This document shows positions 51,661 to 62,115 of a DNA stretch of 64,000 nucleotides, piece by piece. The stretch covers positions 22,133 through 86,132 of the forward strand of contig CAZQGS010000026.1 of NCBI GenBank assembly GCA_964593235.1, in the 5' to 3' direction. The stretch comes from an uncultured Gemmatimonadota bacterium. GTDB taxonomy: Bacteria; JAAXHH01. The notes beneath the pieces are model-generated. The model was not told the DNA's origin, did not search any database, and saw only the letters and a list, made by a program, of their open reading frames with translations. The position numbers and the translations under genes were made by a program. Position 1 is the first letter of the stretch. Every line of letters begins with the position of its first letter.

Positions 51661-52686
51661 TTAAACATCAAGTTCCATATCATTTCTGTACTGGCCTGTC
51701 CGAGCTAAACTATTACAAAGAGCGCGATGATAAAATGCTTTCTGCCCTGCTGTTATATTACTTGAATCGCCTCCCCAAGATCGAATAGGTGCAGCTTGAA
51801 GTGCTCGCCCATAGGAAAAACTAAGCTCCCAAGGTAAATCTTTATACAGGGCATTCATAGCATTAAGATGTTCCGTTGCTTTCTCAGAAGATTGGCCGCC
51901 AGAAAGAAAAGCTATTCCTGGTACTTGCTTAGGTACATTATTCAAAAAATTTCTTACTGTGCGGTGGGCAACTTCCTCAATTGTAGATTGCTTTTTGCAA
52001 TCTGATCCAGATATAACCATATTTGGTTTGAGAATTGTTCCTTCCAAAGACACCTTGTATTCTCGAAGGGCTGAATATACACGTTGGAGTGTAATGTTGG
52101 TTAATTCATCGCACCGTTCAATTGTATGGTCCCCATCCATTAGAACCTCGGGTTCTACTATTGGAACAATACCATTTTCTTGGCAGATCGCCGCATATCT
52201 CGCAAGAGCATATGCATTGGCATTGATACATACCTCAGAAGGTATAGTTTTACCAACTGTAATTACTGCTCGCCATTTTGCGAAATTAGCGCCTAGCTCT
52301 TTGTATTCTTTGAGCCGATACCCAAGACCATCGAGCCCTTCGGTGACTTTTTCGCCTGAAAAACCTGGTAGGTCGTGAACTCCGGTATCAACTTTTATAC
52401 CGGTCAGGATGCCACGGTTAGCTAAGAGTTTTGGGAACGGTGTTTCCTGTTCGTCGAGAGCTTTTTGGCGAATGGTTTCATCATAAAGGATAATACCACT
52501 TATAAAATTATTGATACCTTCAGTAGTAAAAAGCATATGTCTGTATTTACGGCGATTTTCCAACGTGGAAGGTACGTCAATAGCATCAAATCTATCTTTA
52601 ATAGTGTTAGTACTTTCATCCGCCGCAAGAATCCCTTTATCGGAGGCAACCATTTTTTGCGCGATATCTTTAAGTTTATCAAGCAT
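51661..52686 (-). CDS. fba: Fructose-bisphosphate aldolase, class I (eukaryote-type Schiff-base aldolase)
   Basis: 341 aa. GILAADES opening, Schiff-base Lys region (LEGTILKPNMV), LSGGQS, C-terminal Tyr-containing tail. Colinear with animal/plant class I aldolases. Confidence 0.9.
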   Translation of the reverse strand: MLDKLKDIAQKMVASDKGILAADESTNTIKDRFDAIDVPSTLENRRKYRHMLFTTEGINNFISGIILYDETIRQKALDEQETPFPKLLANRGILTGIKVDTGVHDLPGFSGEKVTEGLDGLGYRLKEYKELGANFAKWRAVITVGKTIPSEVCINANAYALARYAAICQENGIVPIVEPEVLMDGDHTIERCDELTNITLQRVYSALREYKVSLEGTILKPNMVISGSDCKKQSTIEEVAHRTVRNFLNNVPKQVPGIAFLSGGQSSEKATEHLNAMNALYKDLPWELSFSYGRALQAAPIRSWGGDSSNITAGQKAFYHRALCNSLARTGQYRNDMELDV

Positions 52687-52918
52687 CTTTTATAAATCTC
52701 CTGGGAAGTGATAACCTTTCAAATTAAGATGTATTGATTTTTAAAAAACAATTATAACCCGAATGCTTAAAAAAGATTTTTGAGATGTACCTGTCAATCC
52801 CTTTTGGCTTGAAACCATTGATCGGGATCCTTATAATACTCTCTGTAGCTGGTAAATATTTTATCTTATCATGTCCCAGGACCAATTTCCTTCATCAATT
52901 TGATTCCAGATTAATATC

Positions 52919-54394
52919 ATGATCCGTGAACCTATAAATCTTCCTTGTGTTTTAACCATCGATATAGGGACCTCATCTGTTCGAGTTATTTTATTTGACC
53001 AGACTGGAAAGATGGTTTCTTCTATTTTTAGGAATACCTATAATATGAAGACTTCATCAGATGGTGGGATCTACATTAACGCGGATTACCTAGAGCAAGT
53101 AGTATGCTCTGTTATAGATGAATTTTGTTCCGCGGGGGGACATCCACCTATTGATCATGTAGCAATGACAACTTTTTGGCATAATGTCGTGGGTGTTAGA
53201 GATGGACAGGCTATTACTCCTCTGATTAGTTGGGCCGATACTCGACCAGATTCCATATTATCTGAATTAGGTGAACGATTTGACCAACAATCTTTACATC
53301 AACGTACTGGTTGTGTTCTGCACGCTTCCTATTTACCAGCGAAAATATGTTGGTTTGAACAGAAAGATGCTAAACAATTTAAGCAAGTCGAACGTTGGAT
53401 GTCTATCAGTGAATATTTATTTCTAAAATGGTTTGGTACACCAACCTGTAGTATTTCTATGGCCTCTGGTTCAGGTTTATTCAATCAACATGTTTGCGAT
53501 TGGGACGATGAAACATTAGATGCGCTCCCAATAACCCGATCGCAGTTAACAGAACTATGTGATATCGATGAACCCGTTCACGGCTTGATGGATTCTTATG
53601 CTAGCCGTTGGCCAATCTTAGCAGAAGCATCGTGGTATCCTGCTATTGGTGATGGTGCCTCAAACAATATCGGGAGTGGTTGCTACGATGATAATCGTAT
53701 AGCTTTAATGGTTGGGACTTCGGGGGCCATGCGGGTAATGAGAAAGGTAGAGACCTTTACTATTCCGAATGGCCTTTGGTGCTACCGGTTAGATCGACGA
53801 AGAACCCTATTCGGAGGTGCTCTTAGCAATGGAGGCAATATATATAATTGGCTAAGCCATGTCTTATCTTTGAGCAACAAAGAAAATATCGAAGAAGCAC
53901 TTTCTACTATGTCCCCTGATAATCATGGTATTACTGTTCTTCCATTTTGGGCGGGAGAGAGGAGTCCGGGTTGGCATTCTAATGCGACAGCATCTATAAC
54001 AGGTATGACTTTGCATACAACCCCTCTAGATATTATGCAGGCGAGCCTTGAATCTACAGCTTTCTGTTTCGCTAACATATATAATCGATTATGTTCTTCT
54101 AGGCATGTTTCCGGAGAAATTGTAGCTTCTGGTGCCGGGCTTTTGCAATCCCCTACTTGGTTGCAAATGTTGGCCGATATCCTGGAACAGCCAATTACAG
54201 CTTCCTCTATTGCAGAAGCTTCGAGTCGGGGAGCAGCACTTGTTGCATTAGAGGCTTCGGGTATATTAGAAGATATTTCTTTAACATCAGTCCCTAGGGA
54301 CAAAACCTACAAGCCCGATTTATCAAAACGTGCTCGGTACCGTAAAGCGTTAAAACGACATAAAGATTTTTATGATATGATGATGGACAGTTAA
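52919..54394 (+). CDS. FGGY-family carbohydrate kinase (xylulokinase/gluconokinase-like)
   Basis: 491 aa. N-terminal LTIDIGTSSVRVILFD sugar-kinase phosphate-1 motif and FGGY C-domain. Confidence 0.75.
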   Translation: MIREPINLPCVLTIDIGTSSVRVILFDQTGKMVSSIFRNTYNMKTSSDGGIYINADYLEQVVCSVIDEFCSAGGHPPIDHVAMTTFWHNVVGVRDGQAITPLISWADTRPDSILSELGERFDQQSLHQRTGCVLHASYLPAKICWFEQKDAKQFKQVERWMSISEYLFLKWFGTPTCSISMASGSGLFNQHVCDWDDETLDALPITRSQLTELCDIDEPVHGLMDSYASRWPILAEASWYPAIGDGASNNIGSGCYDDNRIALMVGTSGAMRVMRKVETFTIPNGLWCYRLDRRRTLFGGALSNGGNIYNWLSHVLSLSNKENIEEALSTMSPDNHGITVLPFWAGERSPGWHSNATASITGMTLHTTPLDIMQASLESTAFCFANIYNRLCSSRHVSGEIVASGAGLLQSPTWLQMLADILEQPITASSIAEASSRGAALVALEASGILEDISLTSVPRDKTYKPDLSKRARYRKALKRHKDFYDMMMDS

Positions 54395-54505
54395 TAAATA
54401 AATTTTTATCTTAGCTCTCCCTTAGTTGTAATTAATTTGGGAACTGGTATTTTACATTGCATAAGTTTTCTATTGGATAATTCAAGAAAATTATAGAATA
54501 GATTT

Positions 54506-56578
54506 TTGAAGGTCAACACTTCCAATTCATTAGATAATACTAGGAAAAACGGAAGGGAGCAGATAGTGCCTAAGGACGATCTAGAAAATAGAAGTATAAA
54601 TGCTATACGGATGTTAGCTGTCGATGCTATTCAAAAAGCCCAAAGTGGCCATCCTGGGCTTCCTATGGAAGCAGCAGCTATTGCCTATGTTTTGTGGATG
54701 AGAATCATGCGATATAATCCTAAAAATCCGGATTGGCCAAATCGAGATCGATTTGTGCTATCGGGAGGACACGGATCAATGTTGCTCTATGCTATGCTTC
54801 ATCTTACCGGCTATGATCTTTCTCTTGAGGAACTTAAAAACTTTCGGCAATGGGATAGCTTGACTCCAGGACATCCGGAATACGGACTAACGCCAGGCGT
54901 AGAAACAACCACCGGCCCCCTTGGTCAAGGTCTGGGTACTGCAGTGGGACTAGCTATGGCCGAAGTACACTTGGCAGCTCGATATAATCGACCTGGATAC
55001 GATATATGCCAACATAATACGTATGTGATAGCGAGCGATGGTGATATGATGGAAGGTGTAGCTTCAGAAGCCTGCTCTCTCGCTGGGCACCTTGGACTTG
55101 GTCGATTAATTGTAATTTACTTGGATAATAGTATTACTATTGATGGTGAAACCAACCTAACATTTTCTGAAAATACGGGATTGCGATTTGATTCCTATGG
55201 TTGGCATGTGCAAAGAGTAATCGATGGCAATGACATTTCGAGAGTTGAAGCTGCAATAGAGTTGGCACGTCAAGAAACGAAGCGCCCATCAATAATCCTT
55301 TGCAAAACAGTGCTTGGATATGGCAGCCCTAATAAAGCAGGGACATCAAAAGCACATGGTGAACCTCTAGGTGAAGATGAAACTAACCTTACCAAAGAAA
55401 AACTTGGATGGCCATTAGAACCAAAATTTTTAGTCCCAGATGACGTTCGAAATCATTTTCAACAAATGGTATTAAATGGGAAGGGATGGGAACTAGGTTG
55501 GCAGAAATCTTTTGATGAGTATTCAGTCGTATATTCAGAATTGGCAGAATCTTGGCAGAACAATATGGATGGAGAATTACCAACAGGGTGGGATGAAAAA
55601 CTAAAATTGTTTGTCCCTGAAGAAGGCCCTATGGCTACGCGACAGGCTTCGGGTGTAATTATTAATGAGCTTTCTAATCGCATATCATCGTTATTAGGAG
55701 GTTCTGCCGACCTGGCAGCCTCTAACAACACGATGGTGGAAACAGAAACTAATTATAGCCCTGATAATTATAGTGGAAGGAATCTACATTTTGGCGTTCG
55801 TGAACATGCTATGGCTGCTGCTATGAATGGCTTAGTCCTTCATGGAGGGCTTCGACCTTATGGTGGAACTTTTCTTGTTTTTTCAGACTACATGCGTCCC
55901 TCCGTTCGCCTAGCCGCAATGATGAGGATCAACCCAATCTATGTTTTCACCCATGATAGTATTGGTCTTGGTGAAGATGGCCCCACTCATCAACCTATAG
56001 AACACTATATAGCGTTGCGAGCGATTCCAAACCTAACAGTAATTCGTCCGGCTGATGCTAATGAAACAACACAAGCTTGGATTGCCGCAGTAAGGCACAC
56101 AACAGGACCAGTAGCATTAATTTTGACTCGTCAAAAACTCCCAGTACTAGATAGAAAAATATTGGAACCTGCCGCAGGGCTCCATCGTGGAGCATATGTT
56201 TTAGAATCGACAGACGATAACCCGGACATTATACTTATTGCCTCTGGATCTGAAGTTGGGCTATCTCTAGAAGTAAGTAAAGTTTTAACAGCAGACGGGG
56301 TTTCTGTACGGGTTGTAAGTATGCCTAGTTGGGAACTTTTTGAAGCACAGTCAGAGCAGTACCGTAGTTCAGTCCTCCCTAAATCCTCTCCTAGTCGTAT
56401 AGCTTTGGAACCCGGCGTGAAACTAGGCTGGGATCGATATGTTGGCCCTAAGGGCGTTGTTATAAGCCAGGAAAGTTATGGAGCTTCCGCTCCTTATGAA
56501 ACTCTGTTTGAGGAATTTGGATTCACTACCATGAAGATCGTTGAAAAAGCGAAGTTTTTACTTGCGGAAAATGCTTAA
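54506..56578 (+). CDS. tkt: Transketolase
   Basis: 690 aa (real start may be internal). TPP-binding [22 protein letters not shown], transketolase C-domain. Confidence 0.95.
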   Translation: MKVNTSNSLDNTRKNGREQIVPKDDLENRSINAIRMLAVDAIQKAQSGHPGLPMEAAAIAYVLWMRIMRYNPKNPDWPNRDRFVLSGGHGSMLLYAMLHLTGYDLSLEELKNFRQWDSLTPGHPEYGLTPGVETTTGPLGQGLGTAVGLAMAEVHLAARYNRPGYDICQHNTYVIASDGDMMEGVASEACSLAGHLGLGRLIVIYLDNSITIDGETNLTFSENTGLRFDSYGWHVQRVIDGNDISRVEAAIELARQETKRPSIILCKTVLGYGSPNKAGTSKAHGEPLGEDETNLTKEKLGWPLEPKFLVPDDVRNHFQQMVLNGKGWELGWQKSFDEYSVVYSELAESWQNNMDGELPTGWDEKLKLFVPEEGPMATRQASGVIINELSNRISSLLGGSADLAASNNTMVETETNYSPDNYSGRNLHFGVREHAMAAAMNGLVLHGGLRPYGGTFLVFSDYMRPSVRLAAMMRINPIYVFTHDSIGLGEDGPTHQPIEHYIALRAIPNLTVIRPADANETTQAWIAAVRHTTGPVALILTRQKLPVLDRKILEPAAGLHRGAYVLESTDDNPDIILIASGSEVGLSLEVSKVLTADGVSVRVVSMPSWELFEAQSEQYRSSVLPKSSPSRIALEPGVKLGWDRYVGPKGVVISQESYGASAPYETLFEEFGFTTMKIVEKAKFLLAENA

Positions 56579-56580
56579 GA

Positions 56581-57735
56581 TTATAATACCAAGTCTTTTT
56601 CAATTTTTGTAAGGTTTACCGAGTTTTTTTCGGTGATAATTATATTATCTTCTATTCTTACTCCCCCTCCCAAATCTGGGTAGTAGAGGCCCGGTTCTAT
56701 AGTGACAGCGTGACCAACTTGTAGAGTCTGGGATATGGTAGAAATTCGGGGGGCTTCATGGATTTCTAATCCAAAACCGTGGCCAGTGCCATGAAAGAAA
56801 CCCTGCATGCGTCCATTACTTAAGCCTGTGTTGTAACCTTGCTTCTTGAAAAAATTATTGATGCTTTCATGTATGACCCTGCCATCAATACCTGGTTTAA
56901 CTAGCGAAATCGCTTTTTGCTGTGCTTCTAAAACAGTATCGTATAACCGGAGGAAAATATCAGGAACAGGTCCTTTAGCTACAGTGCGGGTGATGTCTGC
57001 AAAGTAACCGGTTTTTGTAGATTTAGGAAACAGGTCGATAATAATAGGTTCACCGGCTTTGAGTGGTCCTTTCCCTTCATTATGAGGGTCACAACCTTGG
57101 ATTCCACCAGCAACAATAGTATGTTGGGCAATACAGTCCCGTTCAAGTAGAAAGATATGTAGTTGGCGTCGAATGTACTCTGATGTTATCTGCCCTTCTG
57201 GGCCCTGAAGGAAACCATTTTTTACGGTGCTCTCCGATAGGATACCAAAGACCATTTTTAGTGCATCTTCTGTGGTTTTTGAAACCTCTGATATTGCTGT
57301 CACCTCATCATGGGTTTTCAGTGGCCGGTCATCCCAAAATGGGTCATTTTTATAGTTTACGGAGATTCCTCTGTCCCGAAGCTGTTCGGCATAACCGAAG
57401 GGGAATCGATTAGGCACGAGTATTGTATGGACATCCCTCTCATGTAGTAGTTCAACAACAGAATTTATTAAACTGTTTTCTTTCCCTTTAATTTTATCTG
57501 TATATTCTGTTAGTGAAACCACTTCGTCAACTTTTGCCTGAGATCTAGCCCGATCAATTTCCAGATCATTCATCATTATAATCTTTCGGTCTCTTAACTG
57601 CAGCAAAGTGAAAGGATCTGGCACAAAAATTCCAGTGGCATACAACATGTCCGCATCGTTTTCACTATTTGCAATAATTAAAATAGGGTCTTGGTTAGAT
57701 TTGGAGTCGAAAGAGCTCATAGACAAACCTTTCAA
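56581..57735 (-). CDS. M24-family Xaa-Pro aminopeptidase/prolidase
   Basis: 384 aa. Pita-bread metal ligands (DLFP...D, HGTGHGFGLEIHEAP, IEPGLY, E...IEDNI). Confidence 0.85.
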   Translation of the reverse strand: MKGLSMSSFDSKSNQDPILIIANSENDADMLYATGIFVPDPFTLLQLRDRKIIMMNDLEIDRARSQAKVDEVVSLTEYTDKIKGKENSLINSVVELLHERDVHTILVPNRFPFGYAEQLRDRGISVNYKNDPFWDDRPLKTHDEVTAISEVSKTTEDALKMVFGILSESTVKNGFLQGPEGQITSEYIRRQLHIFLLERDCIAQHTIVAGGIQGCDPHNEGKGPLKAGEPIIIDLFPKSTKTGYFADITRTVAKGPVPDIFLRLYDTVLEAQQKAISLVKPGIDGRVIHESINNFFKKQGYNTGLSNGRMQGFFHGTGHGFGLEIHEAPRISTISQTLQVGHAVTIEPGLYYPDLGGGVRIEDNIIITEKNSVNLTKIEKDLVL

Positions 57736-57839
57736 AGTAATTTTTTCTGAACGACTAAATTGGTAACTGACAGGATTTTAATCTTAAATCATTTAGTATC
57801 TTAACAAACAGATGTTCTAGAGAAGAATAGCTTTAGACT

Positions 57840-58691
57840 TTAATTATATTTGTAGAATCCTTGCCCACTTTTTCTTCCTGTAATTCCTGCGGCAACCATC
57901 TTGCGAAGTAAGGGTGGGGCGGAATATCGATCAGAATTAAAAGCTTTCAAAAGTACGTCAGCGATATATAACGTGGTATCTAATCCGATAAAGTCTAGAA
58001 GTTTGAGTGGCCCTAATGGGTGTTCGCAGCCTAAAATCATTCCAGTATCGATATCTTCCTTCGTGGCAACTTCCGATTCAACTAGGCGAACAGCATCAAG
58101 TAGGTAAGGAATAAGAAGGTAATTTACAATGAACCCAGGGGTATCTTTAGTTTCAATAACTTCCTTTGCAAGGGACTTCCCAAAATGATGGCCTATTTCA
58201 ATAGTCTTTTTATTTGTCTGAAGCCCTACAACCATCTCAATAAGTCTCATAATTGGAACGGGATTGAAAAAGTGAAGTCCAAGAATACTTTGGGGTCGGT
58301 TTGTTTCAGCAGCTAATTCAGTAATAGAAATAGAAGAGGTGTTACTAGCAAGGATAGCATGTGGTGGAGCAATACTATCTATTGCCTGAAAAACAAGCTT
58401 TTTCTCGTTGAGGTTTTCGGTAACAGCTTCAATTACAAGGTCACAAGAAGCAAGGTCTTCGTATTTTGTGGTGGATGTGATCCGATCAAGAGTTGCAACC
58501 TTTTCAGTGTTTGTCAATTTATCTTTAGACACATCCCGTGATAAAAAGTTGTTGATCCGCCCCATACCCAACTCTAAACTGTTTTCTGAAGATTCCATTA
58601 CGATTGTCCTATAGCCAGCCTGGGCACATACCTGAGTAATGCCCGATCCCATGAGCCCACATCCGACTATTCCCACAGTTTCTATTGTCAT
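57840..58691 (-). CDS. hbd: 3-hydroxyacyl-CoA/3-hydroxybutyryl-CoA dehydrogenase
   Basis: 283 aa. VGIVGCGLMGSGI Rossmann motif, catalytic His context (GLHFFNPVPIMRLIE), HCDH C-domain. Confidence 0.85.
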   Translation of the reverse strand: MTIETVGIVGCGLMGSGITQVCAQAGYRTIVMESSENSLELGMGRINNFLSRDVSKDKLTNTEKVATLDRITSTTKYEDLASCDLVIEAVTENLNEKKLVFQAIDSIAPPHAILASNTSSISITELAAETNRPQSILGLHFFNPVPIMRLIEMVVGLQTNKKTIEIGHHFGKSLAKEVIETKDTPGFIVNYLLIPYLLDAVRLVESEVATKEDIDTGMILGCEHPLGPLKLLDFIGLDTTLYIADVLLKAFNSDRYSAPPLLRKMVAAGITGRKSGQGFYKYN

Positions 58692-58693
58692 AT

Positions 58694-60208
58694 CTAGTCC
58701 TCCGCGACCTGGTTTTTGTGATTTGTATTATTTTTCGATTTTCTATCAAGTTCTATAACGGCGGCCTTAAATTTATTTCCTCTTTCTTCAAAGTTGACAA
58801 ACATATCATAGCTGGCACATCCAGGCGATAACAAGACTGTATCTTTAGGTTGTGCGATTACTGAACTTACGTAAACCGCCTCATCAAGTGTTTTTGCGCG
58901 TATAACTTCAGTGTTATACGAGGTGTTTTTCTTAATAGCTTGTTCTATCCTATCACCGGTAGATCCTATCAGAATAACAGCCCGAGCACGTAGGTTTATT
59001 TCTTCCGCCATATTGTCAAAATCTATACCTTTATCATAACCACCTGCGATTAGTATTAGCGGGTTTTCAAAAGCCCGTAGGGCTGTAACTGTTGATGTAG
59101 GTGTGGTACATGCGGAATCATTATAATAGGATATTGCATTTATAATACCTACTTTTTCTAGTCGATGTTCAACAGCTTTAAAATTTTCAACAGTAGACTG
59201 AATTAAGGGAGGAGGTATTCCTGCTAAGCATGCGAGAGTTACAGCAGCTACAAGATTAGCTTGGTTGTGCCTACCAGGAAGTTGAAAACTTCTAGATGAA
59301 CAAACTATTTTTTCATCGTTTTTATCGCGGTAGATAATTTGTCCATTGTGTAAATAGCAACCTTTTTTGACGGTTCTTTCAGTACTAAACCACACAACCT
59401 GACCGGGGCAAAAATCTTTCCACATTCGTAATTGTTTATCATCCGCATTTAGTACAATTTGATTATTGTCATTTTGATAAAGGCCTATATACCTTTTCGC
59501 CTCTTCGTAGGATTCGAAAGACCCATGCCAGTCAAGATGGTTTGGTGATAGGTTGGTAACTACAGCTAACTGCGGACTCTTCTGTATCCAGGAAAGACGT
59601 TGCAATTGGAAACTAGATAGCTCTAGTACTAAAGGAGTGGGGTCATTCTCTCCACTAGTATAACTAGGGCTTTTCTTTGAATCTAACAGATTTTCGAATT
59701 TTGGTTTAAGAGCTACATTTTTCGATTCATTATTTAGTTCATTAAGAACAGATTTTCCTATGTTGCCACCAACAAGTGTTGTAGGATAGACGGAACGTAA
59801 TAATTCTCCAATTAACTGAGTAGTAGTAGTTTTTCCATTACTACCTGTGATGCCGATTATCGGCCGGTTCGACAATTGAAAAACTAAATTTGTCTCAGTA
59901 GTGAGTGGTATCCCTCGGTTTTGAGCCAGTTGGACAAAAGGATTTTCGATTTTTATCGCTGGATTAACTACCACCAAGTCTGCATCTATAATATCTTTTT
60001 CTCGATGTTCCCCAAGGACATATCGAATTGGCCAATTGGAGAGTGACTTTATGGAAGTGCTTAGCTCTTTATCGGACTGGAGGTCCGTGACAGTAACATC
60101 AGCCCCTTGGGCTGCAAAATAACGGGCGGAGGAGGTTCCACCGGAGAATACTCCGAGGCCCAGGATAGTGACTCGACGGCCCGCAAATTCTCTTGACACT
60201 TTGACCAT
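58694..60208 (-). CDS. murD: UDP-N-acetylmuramoylalanine--D-glutamate ligase
   Basis: 504 aa. N-terminal Rossmann VTILGLGVFSGG, Mur ligase P-loop GITGSNGKTTTT, C-terminal Mur ligase domain. Confidence 0.85.
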   Translation of the reverse strand: MVKVSREFAGRRVTILGLGVFSGGTSSARYFAAQGADVTVTDLQSDKELSTSIKSLSNWPIRYVLGEHREKDIIDADLVVVNPAIKIENPFVQLAQNRGIPLTTETNLVFQLSNRPIIGITGSNGKTTTTQLIGELLRSVYPTTLVGGNIGKSVLNELNNESKNVALKPKFENLLDSKKSPSYTSGENDPTPLVLELSSFQLQRLSWIQKSPQLAVVTNLSPNHLDWHGSFESYEEAKRYIGLYQNDNNQIVLNADDKQLRMWKDFCPGQVVWFSTERTVKKGCYLHNGQIIYRDKNDEKIVCSSRSFQLPGRHNQANLVAAVTLACLAGIPPPLIQSTVENFKAVEHRLEKVGIINAISYYNDSACTTPTSTVTALRAFENPLILIAGGYDKGIDFDNMAEEINLRARAVILIGSTGDRIEQAIKKNTSYNTEVIRAKTLDEAVYVSSVIAQPKDTVLLSPGCASYDMFVNFEERGNKFKAAVIELDRKSKNNTNHKNQVAED

Positions 60209-60240
60209 ATCCAGTTTAACTTTTGGTTATGAAATTAGCA

Positions 60241-60990
60241 TCATAGCTTTAGAATAAATCGCTCATTTAATGTTTTTAGAAAAACATTAGTATGTGGTGC
60301 ATCTGGGATCGTGGGACTTTTTATTAGTTTTGCTAAGTCTTCGACCGTGTCAATATCTGATAAATGATATTGATTAAGTACTTGGTGCGTAATTTTACGA
60401 TTTCTAAGTAAAGTAATAGTATCCTTAAGTTCTGTTCCAGAGCTCCAGTTTGGTATATCAAATATGTTATAAAGCTTCCTCATTCCGATAAGATTGTAAG
60501 CTCCATCTTCAGCAGGAACAAGTACTATATCGTGAGATTCAAGAGAGGAACAAACGGTTTGGATAATAATTTCATCAAGAGATGGAATATCGGTGCTTGA
60601 AATAAGAACAAATTGGTACTGGGTTAGGAGCTTTTTGAAAATACCAAATAACATATCTCCCATTTTAGCCTTTGATAAGACATGATAAGGAACTAGATTG
60701 CCGGTAATAGACCGAAAGTTGGATGTTTGCTCAGGTTCCGAAGTAGCTAGTAGTACGTCGTAATATTTTTCTTGGTGAGCTTTAAAACGATCCCTCAGAA
60801 ATGCAGCGTACATTTTGGCCGCCAAATCATACGCTTCGTTTTCGCTAATGATTCGGCCAGACTTGTCGGATATGTTTTTGAGGCCTACATACCCATTCCT
60901 AGATGTACCATTAACTAATCTGGTTTTGACATTTCTAGGTACAGGATACTTAGCTAATAGTACCAGGGCTGTGGACGGGTAGGAGGTCAT
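60241..60990 (-). CDS. DUF2064-like putative GT-A-fold nucleotidyl/glycosyl-transferase
   Basis: 249 aa. N-terminus ALVLLAKYPVPRNVKTRL resembles the DUF2064 (TIGR04282) signature. Confidence 0.45.
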   Translation of the reverse strand: MTSYPSTALVLLAKYPVPRNVKTRLVNGTSRNGYVGLKNISDKSGRIISENEAYDLAAKMYAAFLRDRFKAHQEKYYDVLLATSEPEQTSNFRSITGNLVPYHVLSKAKMGDMLFGIFKKLLTQYQFVLISSTDIPSLDEIIIQTVCSSLESHDIVLVPAEDGAYNLIGMRKLYNIFDIPNWSSGTELKDTITLLRNRKITHQVLNQYHLSDIDTVEDLAKLIKSPTIPDAPHTNVFLKTLNERFILKL

Positions 60991-61046
60991 TGGTCAGATA
61001 GATCTTAACACAAGATGGATGGCGTAACAATGACACCATTAAAACT

Positions 61047-62057
61047 ATGAATATCAACAAAGATAATATAGGTGAGTACGTCCACACAAGACATCTTTTA
61101 GGATCGTCACGAAATGACAACTACTCAATTGAGGAGTTGGGGGGGGGATTCCTGAATACTGTATTACGGGTATCGAATGGTCCTCATTCGATAGTGGTAA
61201 AACAGGCCCTAGATTCATTGCGTCTTTTCCCAGACCTTAAAGTAACAACAGAACGAATAAATTACGAAACCAATGCGTTAAGATTACTAGATAACTTATA
61301 TCCATCCGGAACTGTTCCATCAGTTTTATATTTTGATGATAAAAACCATATTTTAGTAATGTCTGATCTAGGGCGGCGGCAATCTCTTGAAACTGAACTA
61401 GTAGAAGGGATAGTGAATCTTTCTGTAGCAAAAAGGTTAGGGCAGTTCTTAGGTAGCCTTCATCGGGAAACGTGGATTAATTCGGAATTGAGAGAGCAAT
61501 TTAATAATGCTGCAATGCAGGATCTTAGATACAAGTATTGCTTCTATTTTGTTGAAGATAGTGATTTAAACAAAATTGCTTACCAGTTATCAGAGACTTT
61601 CACCGCAACCAAACAAACTCTGCTTCATGGTGACTTCTGGACAGCAAGCATAATCACTACAGAAGAAAGGGTTCATACATTTGATTTGGAATTTGTAAAC
61701 TATGGTCATCCTGCTCAAGATGTTGGTTTCATTATTGCTCATTATTTGTTGCATGCGTATAATAACCCATCTCTAACGGTTGACATTTTCAAGGCAGTTG
61801 AATATTTGTGGGGGGAATATAAAAAAAGTATGGGCAGATTGTTATTAGATGTGGAGGATATGGAGAAAGCAGTAATTCGGCAGGCAGGCTTAGAAATGCT
61901 TTTCAGAATTGACGGAATCAACCAAGTAAACTACATTTCAGATAATATTGTTAAAACTAATATAAGGGACACTGCTCGACTGATGATGATTGATGAAAAC
62001 CCATCAGTATTGAGATTAAAAAATATTGAGGTAAAACCAAAATCTGTTGGGCAATGA
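61047..62057 (+). CDS. APH-fold small-molecule kinase, methylthioribose-kinase (MtnK)-like
   Basis: 336 aa. N-terminal EELGGGFLNTVLRV (compare MtnK E-x-GDGNLN-x-V), catalytic loop LLHGDFWTASI, DLEFVNYGHPAQDVG. Confidence 0.55.
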   Translation: MNINKDNIGEYVHTRHLLGSSRNDNYSIEELGGGFLNTVLRVSNGPHSIVVKQALDSLRLFPDLKVTTERINYETNALRLLDNLYPSGTVPSVLYFDDKNHILVMSDLGRRQSLETELVEGIVNLSVAKRLGQFLGSLHRETWINSELREQFNNAAMQDLRYKYCFYFVEDSDLNKIAYQLSETFTATKQTLLHGDFWTASIITTEERVHTFDLEFVNYGHPAQDVGFIIAHYLLHAYNNPSLTVDIFKAVEYLWGEYKKSMGRLLLDVEDMEKAVIRQAGLEMLFRIDGINQVNYISDNIVKTNIRDTARLMMIDENPSVLRLKNIEVKPKSVGQ

Positions 62058-62115
62058 TGAAAACAATATTCGATGTTTTTAGAGAATTTTCACACATGGA
62101 AAGAGGAGCGATATT

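Noticed and set aside
52465-52711. Short ORFs on both strands at the 5' end of the class I aldolase gene (52465..52695 +, 52500..52682 -, 52511..52711 +)
   Set aside because: They overlap the well-supported fba N-terminal coding region (GILAADES). These are shadow ORFs.
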